Program-made: the position numbers and the translations under genes
Shown here: piece after piece, positions 56,730 to 64,000 of the stretch
Layout: each line of letters starts with the position of its first letter
Numbering within the stretch: position 1 is the stretch's first letter
Assembly (NCBI GenBank): GCA_034780895.1
Contig: JAUZTB010000057.1
Coordinates: 5,227,707 to 5,291,706 of the forward strand
Direction: 5' to 3'
DNA length: 64,000 bases
DNA from: Rhynchobatus australiae
Taxonomy: Eukaryota
Notes under the pieces: generated by a model
Databases searched by the model: none
What the model was told of the DNA's origin: nothing
Seen by the model: the letters and a program-made list of their open reading frames with translations, nothing else

Positions 56730-57320
56730 GAATCATGTAGCACAGAAGTGGGTCCTTTCGGCCCACTGTGTCCATGTTGTCTGGTCACCAATTATGCTAA
56801 TTTCATTTATCAGCACTTGGTCCATAGCCTTCTATGCCTTGGTGATTCAAATGCTTGTCCATATACTTGCATGTGTGAGTACCTGCCTCCACCACCCAGG
56901 CTCTGCTTTCTGGATTCCAGCTATCCTCTGGGTGAAAAAAATTCCCCTCTCATCCCTTCCAAACCTCTTACCCTTCCCCTTAAACTAATGGCCTCTCGTT
57001 TTAGATTCCTCCACTGTGGGGGGGGAGGTGGTGGAATCCTCCCATCTCCCCTTTTTCTGTCCCAATTATTTTGTATACCTCTACTCCAAAGTAAACAAAC
57101 GCAGTATATTCAGTCCCTTTTTATAACTGAAATGCTTCATCCCAGCCAATGTCCTGACGAAGATCCTCTGTACCCTTTCCAATGTAATCATGTCCTTCCT
57201 ATAGTGTGCTGACCAGAACTGCACAGAACTCCTAACTGTGGCCTAACTAATATTATAAATTTTGTAACACAATCTTGTCTTATTCTTTGCCCTGGCTAAT
57301 GAATCCCTTACCTACTCGTG
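56730..57320 (-). mobile_element. CR1-like LINE 3' fragment
   Basis: Reverse CR1 tail (AGCACAGAAGTGGGTCCTTTCGGCCC) and GACCAGAACTGCACA (VQFW on minus strand). Confidence 0.65.
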
Positions 57321-58162
57321 CTGCCATTTTATTTTACATCGTTTTTGAGATTAATTCGTGCACTAATTTGAGCAAATTATTCTCGGTATTAGAGATTAAA
57401 CTCTGTGCAATTAAGTCTTCTTGCACCTTTGGAAATTGTTATTTAAAATAACCACAATTGGTGGCATTTTTAAATTGATAAAGTTTGAAGTGGGGAATAA
57501 CCAATTTACTCGGATTAAGCAGATTTATATCTTGATGGTTTCATACTTAAACTTTCATATTAAAAGCATGCATTCATGTTTTGCAGATTGTCAAATAATA
57601 ACCATTGCAGATGTATAATTTCAAAATGTAGAACTGGGTGACAAATGATCACAAGAAATAGGACTGTCAATTGTGACAGGTGCAGTTAAAACAAAGCAAA
57701 ATTAAAGTTTTTAAAGGATTAATTATGCCTTCTTACATTTAAAGAAAAAATTAAAAACCATTGATAATTTTTTAAAATTGCACTTGAGGCATCCATTAGN
57801 NNNNNNNNNNNNNNNNNNNNNNNNNNNNNNNNNNNNNNNNNNNNNNNNNNNNNNNNNNNNNNNNNNNNNNNNNNNNNNNNNNNNNNNNNNNNNNNNNNNC
57901 AGCTGTAAACTTGTCAGTCGCCAGCCAGGGCCCAAAAAACATTGTTTGAAGTGGTCATTTTAACTGAGCCTTGCATGTTTTCTAGTATTCACTGACTTTA
58001 AATGTCTTATTTAATCTAATGAAAATTGGACCATTCAAAGATAATTTATTATTCTTTGTTTTTTTTCCCCTTCTTTCCAACTTAAAGCATGTTTGATCAG
58101 ATTTACTATGATTGACATATGACATGAAATTTGTTGTTTTGCGGCAGCAGTACAGTGCTAAC

Positions 58163-58285
58163 TGAGTTCTGATGAATGATCACCCACCTGAAACATTAAT
58201 TGTTTCTCTCCACAGAAGCCACCTGACCTGCTGAGTATTTCCAGCATTCTATTTTTATTGCTGATTTCCAGTATCTTTTGCTTTG
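58163..58285 (+). mobile_element. Penelope-derived fragment with hammerhead core boxes
   Basis: AGTT-CTGATGA(58169-58175)...GAAA(58190-58193)CATT-AATT followed by the family tail TGACCTGCTGAGTATTTCCAGCATT. Confidence 0.65.
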
Positions 58286-60944
58286 TGCATTTTACACTTT
58301 TGTTATTCAACAATTCACTTCAAACTGTAATTAATTTGTGACTATTTTACTTAAATTGTATGGCAGCACTCATTTAAAAAAAAATTCTTGTGCCTGAAGG
58401 TCCAGGAGTCCTCTCTGAAGAGCATAGTTAATGAAATTTCAAAGTTGTCTTTGGCTAGTATCATTAAGTGATGTGGACCTGGTCCCCAGTAGTTTTGACT
58501 GTATTGCCAACAACTGTTTGATGAAAAATCTTCATTTCTGGTACCTGCTGATGAGGTTAGATTTTTAATGTTGTTAATGATACTTTTCCCCCAACCTGCT
58601 AGTAGTCTCTGCAATTTTTCTGTCCATTTCAGCAGAGATATAAAAACCCAACAAAACTCAGTCACGCAGCTAGGATTCAACAAAACTCTTCCCACGCTCA
58701 GGCAATTAAAAAGTGCAGTAAAATCTGAAACAGCTTTACAGTCAAAACTTTATCACAGGATTTGGTCTCTTTGAGTCATAAAAATATATTGATCTAAGTC
58801 TGATGCAGCACTAAACATCAAATGGATAATTCCAATGAATTATAACCTAAGAAATTTCTCTTAATCTTAGTCAAGGGTGTGCAGCCAATGGTGATTTAAG
58901 TTACTTGGCTAGCACCTGGGGGCCTAGGTCATTGATGTTGATGCAAGAGCTTGAAATCTACCATAGCAGCCAGAAAAATTTAAATTCAAGTATTAAATAA
59001 ATCCAGAATGATAACATAGTATCAGTAGTAAAATAATCACACAGTTACCAGATTGCTTAATTTAAAATGAACATTTTGGTCAGTGACAGCTTTCAGGTGA
59101 AGTGATCTTCCCATCTTTATGTCTGGCATGTATGTGGTTCCAGATCCATCAACATAGTTGACTCTTAAGCATTGCCCTCATCTCATGAACAAAAAAACTC
59201 TCAAATGCCGAACACTAATCATGAAACAATGTTCCTTAGTTTTAAGCTCTTCATCTAGTGATAATAATCTTTTCATTATCCATTATATGTCAAGAGGCTG
59301 CTATTTTTTTGTCCATCACTGAATCTGGTGGTCTCAAAGACATTCAAAGTTTGAGTGCAGTCCTTGAACGTGGGCCAAGCATGCATCTAATGTGATGGGC
59401 ATCCTATAAATGAATTCAGAATTAGTAAATTGAGGAAATACAATTTTAATATCCTTGGGACTGGGTTATCTTCAATGGAATGACATATTCAGTTTGGTTG
59501 AATTACAGTTGGTGAAATTGCAGTGTTAAGATTTTGGTAAAAGTAACTAGCTCTATGCTAGCAGCTTACCACTTAAATATTTCAAGGATCATTTCTGTGT
59601 TGGGTCTGAGCACTGGAGAAGCAGCTGCTATAATGATAGGATTAAAGCCCTTGCTGTTCATGCCAAATACTGTTCATTATCTCATTAGGTTAAAGCACCA
59701 GATTCAGTGTATATTCTTCATCACCTGAAGTTGGGTTGACTCCATGGTGCACACAATGTAATGTGTGTTGAGAATATGGGAAAGAACTTTCTTGTTTGAT
59801 CTACGGTTTGTTGTACTTTGAAATTGGGGTAGGACTAGTTTCTAGTTAATGGGTGGGTATGACATTCAAAAATGGTCAAGGTGAATTATTCAAATGAGTT
59901 ATCTAGCCTATAACCCCAGAAATAATAATCCTTTAATTGCTAAAATGATTCTCCAGTTACAAATTGCAATCGGATTACATTGAGGTTTGCAGGTAACTCA
60001 TTAGAATGGGACTCTTTGGAGAGCTTTTCATTTTTTTAATCAGTTGACCTTCATGAAAAGCATAACTTTGTTAATCATACAGCATGGAAACAGGCCCTTC
60101 AGCACAACTTGTCCATGCTGATTGTGTTGCCTGGTGAGCTAGTTCCATTTTGTCCATAGCCCTCTAAATTTCTCCTATCCATGTACTTATCTAGATGGCT
60201 TTTAAATGNNNNNNNNNNNNNNNNNNNNNNNNNNNNNNNNNNNNNNNNNNNNNNNNNNNNNNNNNNNNNNNNNNNNNNNNNNNNNNNNNNNNNNNNNNNN
60301 NNNNNNNNNNNNNNNNNNNNNNNNNNNNNNNNNNNNNNNNNNNNNNNNNNNNNNNNNNNNNNNNNNNNNNNNNNNNNNNNNNNNNNNNNNNNNNNNNNNN
60401 NNNNNNNNNNNNNNNNNNNNNNNNNNNNCCTAGTCTACGCAACCTCTCCTTGTAACTCGGGGCGCCCAAGTCCAGGCAACGTCTAGTAAATTTTTTTTGC
60501 ATCCTCTCTAGTTTAGTGATAAGTTGACCAAAACTGTACACAATACCCAAGTGTGGCCTTGCCAACACCCTTGTATAATTGCAACACAACTTCCCAACTC
60601 CTGTACTCAATGCCCTGACTGAAGGCCAGCATGCCAAATGTCACCTTCACCACCTTATCTACCATTGACGCCACTTTCAGCACCAATGCATTTGTACTCC
60701 TAGGTCCCTCTTATGCCATAACACTCCCCAGGGCCTTACCATTCACTGTATAAGGCCTAATCTGTTTGATCTCCCTCCCAAAATGCAATACCTCACATTT
60801 ATCTGATTTGAAAGCATTTGTCAGTCCTCAGCCCAGATACCCAACTAATCAAGATCCCCTTGTAATTTTTCATTACCTTTTACACGAACTACAACACCTA
60901 TTTTAGTATCATCTGCAAACTTACTAACCACACCTTGTATTCTG

Positions 60945-61096
60945 GCTTCAGACCTCTTTCTTTCCAGTCCTGATGAAGGGTCTTGACCCAAAATGTCGAC
61001 TGTTTATTTCTCATCATATATGCTGCCTGACCTGCTGAGTTCCTCTAGCACTTTGTGTGTTGCTCCAGATTCCAGCATCTGTAGAATCACTTGTCT
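60945..61096 (+). mobile_element. Penelope-derived insertion nested in the CR1 element
   Basis: Family tail ATGCTGCCTGACCTGCTGAGTTCCTCTAGCACTTTGTGTGTTGCTCCAGATTCCAGCATCTG, matching 36346-36412. Confidence 0.75.
60965..61002 (+). ncRNA. Minimal type I hammerhead ribozyme motif (probably inactivated)
   Basis: CAGTC-CTGATGA-A-GGGT-CTTG-ACCC-AAAA-T-GTC^GACTG. Helix I is CAGTC/GACTG, the CUGAUGA box is intact, helix II is GGGT/ACCC and the cleavage triplet is GUC. GAAAC is replaced by AAAAT. Confidence 0.7.
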
Positions 61097-64000
61097 ACAT
61101 TCACTTATCATTTGTATAAGTTACAAAGGACAAAGATCCCAGCACTGACCCCTGTGGTGCACCACTAGACACAAGACTCCAGTCTGAGTGACAACCTTCA
61201 AGCATCACACTCTGCTTCCTACCACTGAACCGATTATGAATCCAATCTGCTATCTCTCCCATGCGATCTAACCTTCCAGACTAGCCTTCCATGAGGGAGC
61301 TTATCAAAGGCCTTGCTAAAGTCCATATAGACAACATCCACTGCCCTACCCTCATCTACCCTCTTGGTTATCTCCTCGAAGAACTTGTCATGAGGTATTT
61401 GTTTAAAAAAAACATTTTGCATACATGCAAACAATTTTTGGAGTACCATCAAACGTAGTAACCATTTCTCATTGATCAAAACCACTGGTTCTCTTCGACT
61501 TAACCCTTAAATCTGCTGCTCATGAATGTTGATTTTTACGGTGCTTTATTTTGCAGCTTCCTGCTCTGGAAATCTTTGGCAAATTGTTAAAAGGAAATTA
61601 AAATAGTTTCCAAATGCAGTACTGTCTATTGTATGTCATCAGTAAACAAAAATACTGTTAGAATTGAGAACTCGTCTGTGCCTAATATGTCTAATACCTT
61701 GGGAATAGACCCCTTCTATCCTGAAGATGCTCAACAACATCTCTAAATTGCATTTCCATTTTTAATGTGTAACCTAGGAACTTTAAATGCTTCCCTGAAT
61801 TGGTCCAGTAGGTTCATAGTTAGTGGCTAATGATATTCTATGCTATTTAGTGATATGGTTGTTAGGTAAGATGAAGCTTGCCTGACCTGCATGGTATTAT
61901 ATTTCTATGTGGTGTCCTGTTATATTAATGCAATATTTTAAAAAGGGCAGTTTTCATTTGCTAATCATCCCCACACTGTGACACTGGCCCTGCCTCCCAG
62001 ATGACATTGAGTTCCGTAGAGATGCATTATGTTGGCATGTGTTATCCTCCAATGCAATTACCAAGTGACCTCTTTTCTCCTTCCTTGGTGGTAAGATATT
62101 CTGTTGATCCTGCTCATATCCAGTTTGAAAAGGCACACTCCTAAGGAGTTTCAGGATGTAGTTTGTCAGGCAGCGCGTCCTCAGTCTTTTGGTTAACTTA
62201 ATAATTTGGCAGTGTATATTGAACTTTTTTTCTGGAAATCAGAAGATGATTCAAAATTGAGCATTTAATATTGATCAGATTTCTAATGACTGCTGAAATG
62301 GCAAATGTAAAAGCTATATATCTCAAGTTCTCAAATTTGTACGGCACCTTTAAGTAAAATGTTCTGACATTTCATAGGCATGTAATTGAACCAAAGATGA
62401 CATTGGGAAAAGCTACTCACAACTTGGTCAAGGAGATTGAGTTTTAGTTTTAAAGGGAGTTGGAGAAGCAGAGGTTGGGAGTGAATCCCAGAGTTGGGGG
62501 GGGGGGGGGGGGCGGGCGGGGGTCGTGGTTGGGTAAATGAAGACCTGGGAGCTTCCGATGGATCAAAATATGGATANNNNNNNNNNNNNNNNNTAGGTAG
62601 GAGGATAAAGGAGAGCAAGGCCATAGAGGAAATCACACTAATGAAATACGGGCATCCAGCCAGGAGAACATTGCAATGTGTGCTTAAGGTAACAAAGTGC
62701 ATGGATGAAAATTGCACTTATAGGTGAGCTGAAGGATAGCTGATAAAATAGGGATGGAGGAGGGAGGGGGGGTGTGGACGGAATTTTAAGAGAAAACTTC
62801 AGTAAAACACAAAGACCTGTTCAGCTTTTAATTTTTTAACACTAAATATGCTTGATGAGTAGCCTATTTCTTTGAATATTGAAATCCAAACCCTAATCCT
62901 AATGCAGATATTTAAAAAATGAGGTTTTCATATTTTCCCTCCTGTGTTGTAAGACTTCTAAACGTGCCTATGATAGTTCAGTTTGTTGCATTTTGTATTT
63001 GTCCTGCAGGAAGGGCGCATTAGCAAAGTCTAGCTGTTGCAGCATCAGTATAATAAGTTCACATTGGTCACGATGCAAATCCTGTACTGAATTTACATCA
63101 AAATTCAGCTGCTAAGCAATTACACTCTGCATGATTGCTTACTCCTAACATTTTGGAGTGGTTAAAGCCAGATTCACGAGGTCACCCAATAGTTATATTA
63201 TTTCTGAGTGTATTTAAACTGGTGTGCATCCATGATAGGAGCAGGAACCAGCCTGGTTAATTCAACCCGTGTCATTGAGTAGATTATGTATGGAAAAGAG
63301 AAAAAACCTGCTTCGTGAAAGGTTATGATTTTGGCATTAAAATGGCAATACANNNNNNNNNNNNNNNNNNNNNNNNNNNNNNNNNNNNNNNNNNNNNNNN
63401 NNNNNNNNNNNNNNATTTTAGAATGTTAACTGATTCTCCACCCTGGTGTGACAAGACAAATCACATTACATCTCAACCATGGCACTGAATTTATTCCTTA
63501 ATATGTAATTCAATAAGTAGCTATATAGCCTGTTGAAACAATAGATTGAATTAGTTTTTTCACATGGCACTGGGCCAGAAATCTGTGGGACGTTTCCGCT
63601 TCAGTTGGTGCTGAACCCGGTCTCTCTTGCTGCTGCAGTCGGTAGTAAAAATTGCCAGATTGTTATAAATGAGCCTCTCTGAAAGATTGTTGTGGCTTGG
63701 TTTAGGACATCGGATTTTGCTTTGTCTGTGTGTCAATATTGCCAGGTGTAGCAGCCAAGTCAGTGTAGCCTCCCAGGCTGACTATTCAGTGTAATTTTCG
63801 CTGTATTTTGAGCATCTTCACCTCCACTTACTGTCGGTCTAAGAATAATTTCTCAATCAGTGAACAAACTGTGATATTGGCTAACAGACTGTAAAGCTGT
63901 GTGCCTTCTGGGTTTCCTGGCTCCATCTTAGCACATCATATCAGACGTAATTAGTGTTGAAAACTTAAGAGTGGCTGTAATGCCCTGAATCTCACTTGTC

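Larger units (their letters stand above)
60070..61400 (-). mobile_element. CR1-like LINE RT/3' fragment
   Basis: Minus-strand ORFs give FFEEITKRVDEGRAVDVVYMDFSKAFDKLPHGRLVWKVRSHG and LARPHL...LERMQKKFTR, classic CR1 RT motifs. Confidence 0.85.

Noticed and set aside
56619-57212. 197-aa ORF
   Set aside because: Antisense to a decayed CR1 3' fragment; no host-protein features.

Overview
Eukaryotic, AT-rich, repeat-dense vertebrate DNA with many N gaps. The repeat complement (V-SINEs, CR1, Penelope-like, Rex-Babar, RTE) suggests a cartilaginous fish, but the taxon is inferred. One gene is supported: the 5' part of MAPK1/ERK2 on the + strand. It has a CpG-rich promoter (~14550-15260), coding exon 1 (15050-15177, missed by the ORF track), a ~35.5 kb intron 1, exon 2 (50688-50870), a U12-type GT-AG intron 2 and exon 3 (54213-54402). 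Exon 4 onward was not seen and lies beyond the window or in a gap. The most notable observations are: (i) six repeated E-box + CCAAT modules in the promoter, the last four on a 48-49 bp period; (ii) a minor-class intron with a non-consensus 5' splice site; (iii) a dispersed Penelope-like family carrying minimal type I hammerhead ribozyme motifs, including fold-back copies with target-site duplications and a GIY-YIG remnant; (iv) one V-SINE head joined to two different LINE-type tails; (v) a 33-bp minisatellite with a 66-bp higher-order dimer. No wholly new biological system could be demonstrated from sequence alone. Repeat boundaries are approximate and family names are by-eye recognition, not database hits.
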